Shown: positions 1 through 9,274 of the stretch, piece after piece | Layout of the letters: each line of letters starts with the position of its first letter | Position numbering within the stretch: position 1 is the first letter of the stretch | Source: an uncultured Gemmatimonadales bacterium | GTDB lineage: Bacteria > Gemmatimonadota > Gemmatimonadetes > Longimicrobiales > RSA9 | DNA: 64,000 nucleotides | Assembly: GCA_963708135.1 (NCBI GenBank) | Contig: OY970192.1 | Span: forward strand, 640,001-704,000 | Direction of reading: 5' to 3' | Notes under the pieces: model-generated | The model's input: the letters and a program-made list of their open reading frames with translations, nothing else | What the model was told of the DNA's origin: nothing | Databases searched by the model: none | Position numbers and translations under genes: made by a program

Positions 1-5
1 CCCTC

Positions 6-34
6 TTGCGTGCGGGCGGGGTGCGGTCCACTAT
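6..34 (+). promoter_or_regulatory. Putative sigma70-type promoter for the ANTAR regulator operon
   Basis: TTGCGT (6-11), 17 nt spacer, CACTAT (29-34). Confidence 0.4.
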
Positions 35-85
35 TGACGCGAGACGCTGCTGCGAAGGGGTCGTGCGGCAGGGGATCGAGGTCAC

Positions 86-126
86 GGCGCGCCTCACCAG
101 AGTTCGGTGAGCGCGCCCTTCTGTTT
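86..126 (+). terminator. Intrinsic terminator-like hairpin in the leader of the ANTAR gene
   Basis: GGCGCG-c-CTCACC / loop AGAGTTC / GGTGAG-CGCGCC (12 bp with one bulge) followed by CTTCTGTTT. Confidence 0.55.
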
Positions 127-208
127 ATGGCTCATCTTTTGCCATCCGCATCACGGCCGGGCCCACCACCGACCCCCGTGGTTCCACCTGAAGGAAGGAG
201 TCACTCGC

Positions 209-799
209 ATGGCGGATTCGCTCCGCGTCCTCATTGCTGACGACGAAGCCCTCCACAATCTCGCCCTCAGCAGCCAGCTCGAGACCCTCGGGCACACCGT
301 CGTCGCGACGGCCACCAACGGCCGCGAAGCCGTGCAGCTCGCTCGGGAGACCCGCCCCGACCTGGCGTTCCTCGACATCCGCATGCCGACTATGACCGGA
401 CCCGAGGCTGCCCACGAGATCTCCGCGGAGCGGCCGATCCCGATCGTCATCCTGTCCGCCTACAGTGATGCCCGCACCGTCGAGGAGGCGACCCGCGCCC
501 CCGTCTTCCACTATCTCGTCAAGCCCGTCGATCCGGACGATCTCGCGCCCGCGATCGCCGTCGCCCGCGCCCGCTTCGACGAGTGGCTCGACGCCCGGCG
601 GCAGAAGGAGATGCTCGAGCTCAAGCTGGAGGAGCGGAAGATCATCGAGCGCGCCAAGGGGCTGCTCATGGAGTCGCGCGGCCTCTCCGAGCGCGAGGCG
701 TACCGCTTCCTGCAGAAGACGTCGCAGGACAAGAACACGCCGATGGTGGACCTGGCCCGCAAGATCCTGCTGGCGGCCCCGCTGCTCCAGAAGGAATAG
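209..799 (+). CDS. REC-ANTAR response regulator (PdtaR/EutV/NasT-like RNA antiterminator)
   Basis: REC motifs LIADDE, FLDIRMP, LSAY, LVKP; ANTAR motif RKIIERAKGLLM...LSEREAYRFLQKTSQD; AAGGAG RBS before ATG 209. Confidence 0.93.
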   Translation: MADSLRVLIADDEALHNLALSSQLETLGHTVVATATNGREAVQLARETRPDLAFLDIRMPTMTGPEAAHEISAERPIPIVILSAYSDARTVEEATRAPVFHYLVKPVDPDDLAPAIAVARARFDEWLDARRQKEMLELKLEERKIIERAKGLLMESRGLSEREAYRFLQKTSQDKNTPMVDLARKILLAAPLLQKE

Positions 800-801
800 G
801 C

Positions 802-2028
802 GTGACGCCTTCCGAAACGGCATCGCGGTCCACGCCCCCGGCCGGCGGACGCGCCGCCGGCCGGCAACGCGCGGGTGTCGAAGGGGAAGACAGGGCGGCG
901 GGAATGGCCGAGGCGGCTGCCGCGCCGCGCGCGGAGACCCCGGCCCGGCCCGCCCGTATCCTGGTCGTCGATGACGAGCCGCTCGCGCGCCAGATGTTCG
1001 GCGATCTCCTCGAGGCCCATGGCTTCGAGGTGGTCGCCGTCGGCCGCGGCGAGGAGGTCTTCGCCTTCCTCGGCGAGGTCGATCTCATGCTGCTGGATGC
1101 CATGCTGCCCGGCCGCGACGGCTGGTCCATCTGCCGCGAGATCAAGAGCCGCCCCGACGTGCTCATCCCCGTCATCATGGTCACCGCGCGCACCGCCCCG
1201 GACGACGTGGTGCGTACCTTCTCCGCCGGCGCCGACGACTACATTGCGAAGCCCTTCCACGTGGCCGAGCTGACGGCCCGCATCGAATCCCGCCTGCGCG
1301 TCTACCGCGCCGAGCGCGCCATCCAGAACGCCAACCGGCAGCTCAAGGAGCTCGCGGAGCAGAACTACGAGCTCTACGAGCGCGCCCGGCACGATGCGGA
1401 GGAGCGCGCGAACCTGCTTCGCGAGCTCGATCACCGCGTACGCAACAATCTGTCGGTGATCATGGGGCTGCTGGGGATGGAGCGGAACCGCAAGCCGCCG
1501 CGCCATACCACCGAGGCCCTCGCCAGCCTGGAGGGCCGGATCCGCTCGTTCCTGCTCGTCTACGAGGCGCTGCGCCGGCAGAACTACCGCGGCGTGCCCG
1601 TCCGCGAGATCGCGGAGCGGCTGACGCAGCGGCTGCGCAACTCCATGGACCTGCAGCGCCGGATCGAGACCCGCATCGAGGGCGAGGGGATCCTGCTGGA
1701 TGAGCCGCAGGGTTTCGCGCTCGCGCTCGCGCTCTCGGAGCTGATCACGAACGTCTACCGCCACGCCTTCCCGGACGAGCGCGCCGGAACGTTGCGCATC
1801 GTGATGTCCGAGTCCGACGGTGACATGTCGCTGGAGGTCTGTGACGACGGCGTCGGCAGCGACTCGCTGCAAGGGCCGCACGTGCTCGGCAGCGGGCGCA
1901 GCATCGTCGAGGCGCTGGTGCAGAACGAGCTGGGCGGGCACGTCTCCTACGAGTCGGCGGACGGGGGGACCTGCGCTCGCCTCACGTTCCCGCGCGCCGA
2001 CGCGGGCGATCAGTACGTCGCGAGGTAG
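802..2028 (+). CDS. Cytoplasmic histidine kinase, REC-HisKA_2-HATPase (PdtaS/EutW-type core)
   Basis: REC (VVDDE, LLDAMLPG, TA, KPF); HisKA_2 box ELDHRVRNNL; ELITNVYRHAF, DDGVG. Start uncertain (GTG 802 or ATG 904). Confidence 0.88.
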   Translation: MTPSETASRSTPPAGGRAAGRQRAGVEGEDRAAGMAEAAAAPRAETPARPARILVVDDEPLARQMFGDLLEAHGFEVVAVGRGEEVFAFLGEVDLMLLDAMLPGRDGWSICREIKSRPDVLIPVIMVTARTAPDDVVRTFSAGADDYIAKPFHVAELTARIESRLRVYRAERAIQNANRQLKELAEQNYELYERARHDAEERANLLRELDHRVRNNLSVIMGLLGMERNRKPPRHTTEALASLEGRIRSFLLVYEALRRQNYRGVPVREIAERLTQRLRNSMDLQRRIETRIEGEGILLDEPQGFALALALSELITNVYRHAFPDERAGTLRIVMSESDGDMSLEVCDDGVGSDSLQGPHVLGSGRSIVEALVQNELGGHVSYESADGGTCARLTFPRADAGDQYVAR

Positions 2029-3404
2029 CGCTCGATCTCCCAGTCGTGCACCTGCGCGATATAGTCCTGCCACTCCTGCTCCTTCGCGCTCAGCAGGTGG
2101 CGATAGACGTGCTCCCCGAGCACCTCGCGCATCCAGCGGCTGCGCCGTAGCTGCTGCGTCGCCTCGCCCAGGTCGCGGGGCAGCTCCTGGATCTTGTAGC
2201 GCCGACGGTCCCGCACCGAGAGCGTGAAGATGTTCTTGTCCACCGGCTCCGGCGGCTCGGTCTTGCCGCGGATCCCGTCCAGCCCCGCCCCCAGCTGCAC
2301 CGCCAGGGAAAGGTACGGGTTCGCCGCCGGGTCCGGCATCCGCAGCTCCAGCCGCGTTCCCTTGCCCCGCCGCTCCGGCACGCGCACCAGCGGTGAGCGG
2401 TTGTGGTGGCTCCACGCCACGTTGACCGGCGCCTCGTAGCCCGGGACCAGCCGCTTGAAGCTGTTCACGAGTGGGTTCGTCACCACGCAGAACTCCCGGG
2501 CGTGCGCCAGCAGCCCCCCGGCGTACCAGCGCATCACGCGCGAGATGGCATCCGGCGCCTTCGGGTCGTGGAACGCGTTCTCGCCGTCCCGGAAGAGCGA
2601 CTGGTGGGTGTGCATGCCGGAGCCGTTTATGCCGAAGATCGGCTTCGGCATGAACGTGGCGTGCAGCCCGTGCTGCAGGGCGATGTTGCGCACGACGAAC
2701 TTGAACGTGACCAGCTGATCCGCCGTCGCGAGCGCATCGGCGTACCGGAAGTCGATCTCGTGCTGCCCGGGAGCCACCTCGTGGTGGGCCGCCTCCACGT
2801 CGAAGCCCATGGCCGAGAGCACGTTCACGATGTCGCGCCGCGCCACCTCTCCCAGGTCCACGGGCGTCAGGTCGAAGTACGATCCCGAGTCGTGCGTCAC
2901 GCGAGTCGGCGTCCCGTCCTCCCCGCGCTGGAACAGGAAGAACTCCGCCTCCACCCCGGCCATCATCTCGTAGCCCAGCTTCGCCGCCGCCGCGATCTGC
3001 CGCTTCAGCACCTGGCGCGGGTCCCCCGGGAACGGATCGCCGCTCGGCAGGTGCACATCGCAGATCAGGCGCGCGACCCGGTTCTCCTCATCGCCCCACG
3101 GGTACACGGCGAATGTCGCCAGGTCCGGGACGAGGACCATGTCCGATTCCTCGATGCGCACGAAGCCCTCGATCGAGGAGCCGTCGAACATGATCTCACC
3201 GTCCAGCGCCTTCGCGAACTGGCCGCCCGGCACCTCGACGTTCTTGCTCGCGCCCATGATGTCCGTGAACTGCAGCCGCAGGAACCGGACGTTGTGCTCC
3301 TTCAGCGACGCCAGCACCTCCGCGCGCGTGCGTCCCGCCGGCCGCGCAGCCATCGACGGCCGCACCTGGTGCGCCGGCACCATCTGCTTCGGGGTTCTCG
3401 CCAT
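2010..3404 (-). CDS. glnA: Glutamine synthetase type I
   Basis: FDGSSIEGF, HHEVAPGQHEI, ATFMPKP...NGSGMHTHQS, KRLVPGYEAP, NRSPLVRVP, ELRMPDPAANPYL. Confidence 0.96.
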   Translation of the reverse strand: MARTPKQMVPAHQVRPSMAARPAGRTRAEVLASLKEHNVRFLRLQFTDIMGASKNVEVPGGQFAKALDGEIMFDGSSIEGFVRIEESDMVLVPDLATFAVYPWGDEENRVARLICDVHLPSGDPFPGDPRQVLKRQIAAAAKLGYEMMAGVEAEFFLFQRGEDGTPTRVTHDSGSYFDLTPVDLGEVARRDIVNVLSAMGFDVEAAHHEVAPGQHEIDFRYADALATADQLVTFKFVVRNIALQHGLHATFMPKPIFGINGSGMHTHQSLFRDGENAFHDPKAPDAISRVMRWYAGGLLAHAREFCVVTNPLVNSFKRLVPGYEAPVNVAWSHHNRSPLVRVPERRGKGTRLELRMPDPAANPYLSLAVQLGAGLDGIRGKTEPPEPVDKNIFTLSVRDRRRYKIQELPRDLGEATQQLRRSRWMREVLGEHVYRHLLSAKEQEWQDYIAQVHDWEIERYLATY

Positions 3405-3410
3405 GGCCAA

Positions 3411-3440
3411 AGGCTACGCGGGGCACCCCCGCTTCGGCAA
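3411..3440 (-). promoter_or_regulatory. Putative glnA promoter, leaderless geometry
   Basis: Minus strand TTGCCG-18 nt-TAGCCT, then 6 nt to ATG; no SD. Confidence 0.5.
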
Positions 3441-3482
3441 CACCCGCCAGAGGACTCCGCGAGCGGCGTGAGCGTCGATGAC

Positions 3483-3548
3483 GGGTGAGGGTGGGGGTGA
3501 GGGTGAGGTTGAGGATTAGGGTGGGGATGAGGGTGGGGATGAGGGTGG
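3483..3548. repeat. Degenerate hexamer tandem repeat, about 11 units of GG(G/A)TG(A/G)
   Basis: gggtga gggtgg gggtga gggtga ggttga ggatta gggtgg ggatga gggtgg ggatga gggtgg. Confidence 0.85.
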
Positions 3549-3588
3549 GCACGGGGCGGGCAGAGCGGCGGCAGAGCACCACCCGCGG

Positions 3589-4059
3589 TCAGTTCGTACG
3601 GCAGCTCCGGCACCTGCCCACGAGCTCGAGCCGGTAGCCCTCGACCGAGAAGCCGTCCACCGGGCCCAGTCGCTCCAGCGCCAGCGCGTCCAGCCGCCCG
3701 GGAACGTCCAGCACCGAGCCACAGTCGAGGCAGCGCGCGTGCGGGTGCGGGTCCGTCCTGCCGTCGTAGCGGGCCGAGCCGTCGCCGTACGTCAGCTTGG
3801 CCGCCAGCCCGCACCCCACCAGCGTCTCCAGCGACTTGTAGACCGTCGCCAGCGAGATGTCCGGGATCCCCGAGCGCACCGACGTGAACACGTCGTCCGC
3901 CGTCGGATGCGTCACCGTGCTCAGCAGGAACCGGTACACCGCCGCACGCTGCTCCGTGAAGCGCTGCCCGTTGGCCTCCAGCGCATCGCGCAGCACGGCG
4001 TCCGGGTTGCCGGCCGCCGCCAGGGCCACGCTCGCATTCTCGCTCACCGTCGCCATCAT
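3589..4059 (-). CDS. Fur-family transcriptional regulator (PerR-like)
   Basis: RFTEQRAAV, HPTADDV, ISLATVYKSL, HPHARCLDCG, C-terminal CRSC. Confidence 0.93.
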   Translation of the reverse strand: MMATVSENASVALAAAGNPDAVLRDALEANGQRFTEQRAAVYRFLLSTVTHPTADDVFTSVRSGIPDISLATVYKSLETLVGCGLAAKLTYGDGSARYDGRTDPHPHARCLDCGSVLDVPGRLDALALERLGPVDGFSVEGYRLELVGRCRSCRTN

Positions 4060-4096
4060 CTACCTCTCCGCATCGCCCGGGGACGGGCGAGCGCGT

Positions 4097-4138
4097 AACA
4101 TAGAAGCCGCTGCGAGCGGCTGTCAATAGCGATTATTG
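4097..4138 (-). promoter_or_regulatory. Promoter of the Fur-family gene with overlapping 7-1-7 operator-like palindrome
   Basis: Minus strand TTGACA (4126-4121)-18 nt-TATGTT (4102-4097); CAATAAT-C-GCTATTG at 4138-4124. Confidence 0.65.
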
Positions 4139-4203
4139 GTATGGCACAGGGCTTATGCCGCTGGGAGCAAAGGAGTTAGGATCCGCTCTGCGACGGAGGA
4201 GCC

Positions 4204-4581
4204 ATGCCCCAAGCCACGCGCCCCGCCGTACTCGCCCTCGTGGCCGACCTGATTTTCGCGGCCCGCATCCAGGGCGCCGCCCGGGCGGCGGGCACGACCG
4301 TCGAGACGCTCCGCTCCGCCGCCGACCTGCTGGCGCGCGCGGCCGCGGCGCCGCCCCGGCTCATCCTGGTCGATCTCGACGTCCGGGCGTCATCGCCGGC
4401 GGGCGTAATCGCCCGGCTGAAGGAGGAGGCCGCGACGGCCGAGGTCCCCGTCGTCGCCTTCGTCTCGCACGTCCGAGAGGACGCGATCGCGGAAGCACGC
4501 GCCGCCGGAGCGGACCGCGTCATGGCCCGCTCCGCCTTCGTGCGGGAGCTGCCAGGATTGATGGAAGGGATCGGGGGATAG
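4204..4581 (+). CDS. Single-domain, atypical receiver (REC) protein
   Basis: LILVDLD, VPVVAFVSH, ARAAGADRVM; GGAGG RBS. Confidence 0.8.
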   Translation: MPQATRPAVLALVADLIFAARIQGAARAAGTTVETLRSAADLLARAAAAPPRLILVDLDVRASSPAGVIARLKEEAATAEVPVVAFVSHVREDAIAEARAAGADRVMARSAFVRELPGLMEGIGG

Positions 4582-4642
4582 GCGTCCGGGCTCGCGAGGC
4601 GTGAGGCCCGCCTCGCCTGCGTCCAGTCCCTGGCCGATGCCG

Positions 4643-5035
4643 TCAGGCGGCGTCGGCCTCTTCCTTGAGCTTGCAGTCGATGCAGTAGCGCGCGTGGGGC
4701 AGGGCATCCAGCCGGTCGAAGTCGATCGGCTTGCCGCAGCTGTGGCAGAGTCCAAAGCCGGCCGGCTCCTTGTACAGGCGGCGCAGCGCGTCCTCGACCC
4801 GGTAGAGGTAGCGGCCCTCCTTGCTCGCGAAGAGCAGCTGCTTCTCCCGCTCCATGGCATCCGTGCCGAGGTCGGCCATGTGGTCGGAGTAGGAGTACAG
4901 GTCGGAGTCGGCCTGCTCGGCGGAGATCTTCGCGAGCTCGTCGAACTGCCCGAGCGAACGGAGCGCACGCTCGCGCTCGCGCAGCAGGCGCTTCTGGAGG
5001 TGCTCGATCTGCTTCTTGCTCAGCTTCTTGGCCAC
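4643..5035 (-). CDS. DksA/TraR family C4 zinc-finger protein
   Basis: Coiled coil with HMADLGTD tip; CHSCGKPIDFDRLDALPHARYCIDC; GGAGG upstream of GTG. Confidence 0.92.
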   Translation of the reverse strand: MAKKLSKKQIEHLQKRLLRERERALRSLGQFDELAKISAEQADSDLYSYSDHMADLGTDAMEREKQLLFASKEGRYLYRVEDALRRLYKEPAGFGLCHSCGKPIDFDRLDALPHARYCIDCKLKEEADAA

Positions 5036-5109
5036 GGGGCTTCGCCTCCCTCGGCTGGAGCGCCTCTCGGATCGCCGGGACAGGGGGACCCGAACGGGGA
5101 CAGTCCGAA

Positions 5110-5138
5110 AATATAGCGGCCGACAGGCTTCGCTTCAA
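5110..5138 (-). promoter_or_regulatory. Putative promoter of the dksA-like gene
   Basis: Minus strand TTGAAG-17 nt-TATATT. Confidence 0.55.
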
Positions 5139-5169
5139 CCCGTGACCACGGCGCCCGGCGCGGCATCGG

Positions 5170-5198
5170 TTGCTCGCGTTTTCGGCCTCGCGTATCAT
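5170..5198 (+). promoter_or_regulatory. Putative acs promoter
   Basis: TTGCTC-17 nt-TATCAT. Confidence 0.55.
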
Positions 5199-5235
5199 GG
5201 TCCGTACCACGTCACCCGCACGCCGGAGGAGGTTC

Positions 5236-7188
5236 ATGCCCGCCCGCGAACAGGCACTGGAGGCCCTGCTGCTGGAGGATCGCCGCTTTCCGCCGTCGGA
5301 GGAGTTTCGGGCGCAGGCGAACGCGTCGGACCCGGAGATCTACGAGCGCGCCGAGGCGGACTTCGAGGCCTACTGGGCCTCCTGGGCCGAGCGGCTGGAC
5401 TGGTTCGAGCCGTGGGAGCGGGTGCTCGAGTGGACGCCGCCGCACGCGAAGTGGTTCGTGGGGGGTAGGCTGAACGCATCGTACAACTGCCTGGACCGGC
5501 ACCTGTCGGGTGTGCGGCGCAACAAGGCGGCGCTCATCTGGGAGGGGGAGCCGGGCGACCAGCGGGTGTACACGTACCGGGACCTGCACCGGGAGGTCTC
5601 GAAGTTCGCGAACGTGCTGAAGTCGCTCGGGGTGGGGAAGGGGGATCGGGTGGCGATCTACCTGCCCATGATCCCCGAGGCGGCGATCGCGATGCTGGCG
5701 TGCGCCCGGATCGGGGCGCCGCACAGCGTGGTCTTCGGCGGCTTCTCGGCCGAGAGCCTGCGCGACCGGATCGTGGACGCGGAGGCCAAGGTGCTGATCA
5801 CGGCGGATGGCGGGTTCCGGCGGGGACGGGTGGTGGCGCTGAAGGACGCGGCGGACGAGGCGGTGTCGGAGACGCCTTCGATCACGCACGTGGTGGTGGT
5901 GAAGCGCGGGGGCGGGCTCGAGACGGCGGTGCACATGAAGCCGGGCCGCGACCTGTGGTACCACGAGCTCGTGGAGGATGCATCCGCGCACTGCCCCGCG
6001 GAGCCGATGGACGCGGAGGACCTCCTCTATATCCTCTACACGTCGGGCACGACCGGGAAGCCGAAGGGCGTGGTCCACACGACCGGCGGCTACATGACGC
6101 AGGTGCTGGCCACGACCAACCTGGTGTTCGACCTGAAGGACGAGGACTGCTACTGGTGCACGGCGGACGTAGGGTGGGTGACCGGGCACAGCTACATCGT
6201 GTACGGGCCGCTGGCCAACGGCGCCACGGCGCTCATGTACGAGGGCGCGCCGGACTGGCCGGACCGCGGCCGCTTCTGGAAGCTGGTCGAGAAGTACGGC
6301 GTGACCATCCTCTACACGGCACCGACGGCGATCCGCGCGTTCATGCGCTGGGGCACGGAATGGCCGGGGCAGCACGACCTGTCGTCGCTCCGGCTGCTGG
6401 GGACGGTCGGCGAGCCGATCAACCCCGAGGCCTGGATGTGGTACCACGAGCACATCGGCGGCGGCCGCTGTCCGGTCGTGGACACGTGGTGGCAGACCGA
6501 GACGGGCGCGATCATGATCACGCCGCTGCCGGGGATCACGGCCACCAAGCCGGGCAGCGCGACGGTGGCGTTCCCGGGCGTGAAGGCCGCGATCCTGGAC
6601 AACGAGGGCGGGCAGGCCGGCGCGGGCTACCTGGCGTTGCCGCGGCCGTGGCCGTCGATGCTGCGCACCATCTGGGGCGACGATGAGCGCTTCCGCGACA
6701 CCTACTGGGCCAAGTGGGACGGCATCTATTTCCCGGGCGATGGAGCCAAACTGGACGAAGACGGGTATTTCTGGCTGCTGGGGCGCGTGGACGACGTGCT
6801 CAACGTGGCCGGCCACCGCATCGGCACGATGGAGGTCGAGAGCGCGCTGGTGGACCACCCGGCCGTGGCCGAGGCCGCGGTGGTCGGACGTGCGGACGAG
6901 CTGAAGGGGCAGGCCGTCGCCGCCTTCGTCACCGTGAAGGAGGGCATCGAGCCGACGGATGCGCTGAAGCAGGAGCTGCGCAATCACGTGGCGGAGAAGA
7001 TCGGCGCGATCGCGCGGCCGGATGACATCCTGTTCGCCGCCGACCTGCCCAAGACGCGCTCCGGCAAGATCATGCGGCGGCTGCTCCGCGACATCGCGGA
7101 GGGCCGCGCGCTCGGAGACACGACGACGCTGGCGGATCCGGCCGTCGTCGCCCGCCTCAAGGGCGAGTACGAGGACAAGGAAGGCTGA
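5236..7188 (+). CDS. acs: Acetyl-CoA synthetase (AMP-forming)
   Basis: [56 protein letters not shown]. Confidence 0.97.
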   Translation: MPAREQALEALLLEDRRFPPSEEFRAQANASDPEIYERAEADFEAYWASWAERLDWFEPWERVLEWTPPHAKWFVGGRLNASYNCLDRHLSGVRRNKAALIWEGEPGDQRVYTYRDLHREVSKFANVLKSLGVGKGDRVAIYLPMIPEAAIAMLACARIGAPHSVVFGGFSAESLRDRIVDAEAKVLITADGGFRRGRVVALKDAADEAVSETPSITHVVVVKRGGGLETAVHMKPGRDLWYHELVEDASAHCPAEPMDAEDLLYILYTSGTTGKPKGVVHTTGGYMTQVLATTNLVFDLKDEDCYWCTADVGWVTGHSYIVYGPLANGATALMYEGAPDWPDRGRFWKLVEKYGVTILYTAPTAIRAFMRWGTEWPGQHDLSSLRLLGTVGEPINPEAWMWYHEHIGGGRCPVVDTWWQTETGAIMITPLPGITATKPGSATVAFPGVKAAILDNEGGQAGAGYLALPRPWPSMLRTIWGDDERFRDTYWAKWDGIYFPGDGAKLDEDGYFWLLGRVDDVLNVAGHRIGTMEVESALVDHPAVAEAAVVGRADELKGQAVAAFVTVKEGIEPTDALKQELRNHVAEKIGAIARPDDILFAADLPKTRSGKIMRRLLRDIAEGRALGDTTTLADPAVVARLKGEYEDKEG

Positions 7189-7194
7189 GGTTGA

Positions 7195-8172
7195 ATGGGC
7201 CGCAGTGAGGTCATGCGCGAGGCGACGACGCTTCCCCTGCCGCCGCTGCAGCGGGTGGTCGATGCCGTGGAGACGGTCTTCCACGGCAAGGACGAGGTCG
7301 TGCGCCTGGCCACCGCGGCGCTGCTCGCCCGCGGCCACATCCTCTTCGAGGACATTCCGGGCGTGGGTAAGACCACGCTGGCGCGGGCGCTGGCGGCGGC
7401 GCTCGGGCTGAGCTTCAGGCGCATCCAGTTCACCAGCGACCTGCTTCCCTCCGACGTGCTGGGCGTCTCGATCTACAACCCGCGCACGGCGGCCTTCGAG
7501 GTGCGCCCCGGCCCGATCTTCACGAACATCGTGGTGGCGGACGAGATCAATCGCGCGCCGCCCCGCACCCAGAGCGGGCTGCTGGAGGCCATGCAGGAGG
7601 GACGGGTCACGATCGACGAGCGGACCTACGAGCTGCCGAGGCCCTTCCTGGTCATGGCCACGCAGAACCCGCTCGAGCACCACGGCACCTATCCGCTCCC
7701 CGAGAGCCAGCTCGATCGCTTTCTCATGCGCCTGACCATCGGCTACCCGGACGAGCGCGCGGAGCGGATGATCCTGCTCGAGACCGCCGGCGAGGCGGAC
7801 CCGGTGGAGAGGATCCAGGCGGTCGTCGACCACGACCAGGTGCTCGAGCTGCAGGCACGAGTCGAGGGTGTCCATGCCGACTCCAGCATCGTCGATTACC
7901 TCATGCAGGTCGTGCGCACCACCCGCACCGACGCGCGGCTGCGCCTGGGCGTGAGCCCGCGCGGAGCGATAGCGCTCTACCGCGCCGCCCGCGCGTACGC
8001 CCTCGTCGAGGGGCGGGATTTCCTGGTTCCGGACGATGTGCGCCGCCTGGTCGTGCCCTGCCTGGCCCACCGCCTGCTCCCGGCCGGCGCGTCTGCGGGC
8101 AGCGCCCAGGCGCACGAGGAGGCCGCCGCGCTCCTCGACGAGCTCGTCGCCGGGATCCCGCTCCCCGTCTAG
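7195..8172 (+). CDS. MoxR family AAA+ ATPase
   Basis: EDIPGVGKT, RIQFTSDLLPSD, DEINRAPPRTQS, ATQNP, PLPESQLDRF; alternative start 7213. Confidence 0.94.
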   Translation: MGRSEVMREATTLPLPPLQRVVDAVETVFHGKDEVVRLATAALLARGHILFEDIPGVGKTTLARALAAALGLSFRRIQFTSDLLPSDVLGVSIYNPRTAAFEVRPGPIFTNIVVADEINRAPPRTQSGLLEAMQEGRVTIDERTYELPRPFLVMATQNPLEHHGTYPLPESQLDRFLMRLTIGYPDERAERMILLETAGEADPVERIQAVVDHDQVLELQARVEGVHADSSIVDYLMQVVRTTRTDARLRLGVSPRGAIALYRAARAYALVEGRDFLVPDDVRRLVVPCLAHRLLPAGASAGSAQAHEEAAALLDELVAGIPLPV

Positions 8173-8185
8173 GGGCCCTGGCCCC

Positions 8186-9274
8186 GTGGCCGCCTCCACG
8201 CCGCCCGCGCGCCGGCCGGGGCGCTGGGCGCGCCTGCGCGCCCGGCTCCGCCCGCCGCGCCGCCTCCGCTTCACCTCCTCCGGCCGCTGGCTCGTGCTCG
8301 GCGTCCTGGGCATCGGCTTGGCCGCCCTGAACACCGCCAATAACCTGCTCTACCTCGTGCTCGGCGGCATGCTGGGCCTCATCGTGGTGAGCGGCTGGCT
8401 CTCCGAGCAGGCGCTCCGCGGGCTCGTGGTGCGCCGGCGTATCGCGCCCGGCGTGACGGCCGGGCGGCCGGCGCGCATCACCTACGAGGTTGCGAGCCGG
8501 AAGCGCCGGCTGCCGAGCTTCTCCATCGAGCTGCGCGAGAAGGGAATCGCCGGCGCCGCCTTCCTGCCGGGGCTCGCGCCCGGCCGCACTGCCTTCACCC
8601 GCGCCGAGGTGGTCTTCCCGCGTCGCGGCGTCTACCCGCTCGCCGAGTTGACCCTTGCCACCACCTTCCCCTTCGGCTTCTTCGAGAAGCAGCGCGACCT
8701 CGAGCTGCCGGGCGCCGTCATCGTCTGGCCACGCACGGACCGCCGCGTGCGCGCCCCACGCCGCGCCGGCGACCGCGCCCGCCGGACCGGCCCGCTTCCG
8801 GCCGGGCTCGGGGGGGGGCGGGGCGAGTACCGTGGCCTGCGCGCGTTCCGCCCGGGCGACGACCCGCACGACGTGCACTGGCGCTCGAGCGCCCGGCGCG
8901 GGGACCTGGTGGTTCGCGAGTACGAGCGGGACGAGGCGGAGTCGCTCTGGATCTCCCTCGACCTGCGCTGTCCGCGCGGGGCGCAGGCCGCGGGCGAGGC
9001 CGCCGTCGAGGTGGCGGCCGCGCTGGCCGATCGCGCCTCCGGGAGGGGGGAACGCTTCGGCTTGGTGACCCAGGACGCCTGGATCGAGCTGGGCACCGGC
9101 GCGCCGCACCTCGAGGCGGTGCTCGACGCGCTGGCCGCTGCCCGGCTGCGCCCCGCGGCGGGGCCGCCGGTATGCGCGATCCCGACGGACGCGTGCGTGC
9201 TGGTCACGGCCGGCGGCGGCGGGGAGCCGGGCTTCGCCGACCGGTTTTCCGTCGAGGCGGAGGGCGTGGAATGA
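8186..9274 (+). CDS. DUF58 domain membrane protein
   Basis: Two N-terminal TMs with NTANNLLYL; FPFGF; LRAFRPGDDPHDVHWRSSAR; start inferred. Confidence 0.88.
   Translation: MAASTPPARRPGRWARLRARLRPPRRLRFTSSGRWLVLGVLGIGLAALNTANNLLYLVLGGMLGLIVVSGWLSEQALRGLVVRRRIAPGVTAGRPARITYEVASRKRRLPSFSIELREKGIAGAAFLPGLAPGRTAFTRAEVVFPRRGVYPLAELTLATTFPFGFFEKQRDLELPGAVIVWPRTDRRVRAPRRAGDRARRTGPLPAGLGGGRGEYRGLRAFRPGDDPHDVHWRSSARRGDLVVREYERDEAESLWISLDLRCPRGAQAAGEAAVEVAAALADRASGRGERFGLVTQDAWIELGTGAPHLEAVLDALAAARLRPAAGPPVCAIPTDACVLVTAGGGGEPGFADRFSVEAEGVE

Noticed and set aside
3405..3480. Glutamine riboswitch or ANTAR hairpins upstream of glnA
   Set aside because: No matching motif seen, and promoter geometry suggests no leader
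4142..4158. Sigma54 promoter TGGCACAGGGCTTATGC
   Set aside because: GG to GC spacing is 12 nt rather than 10
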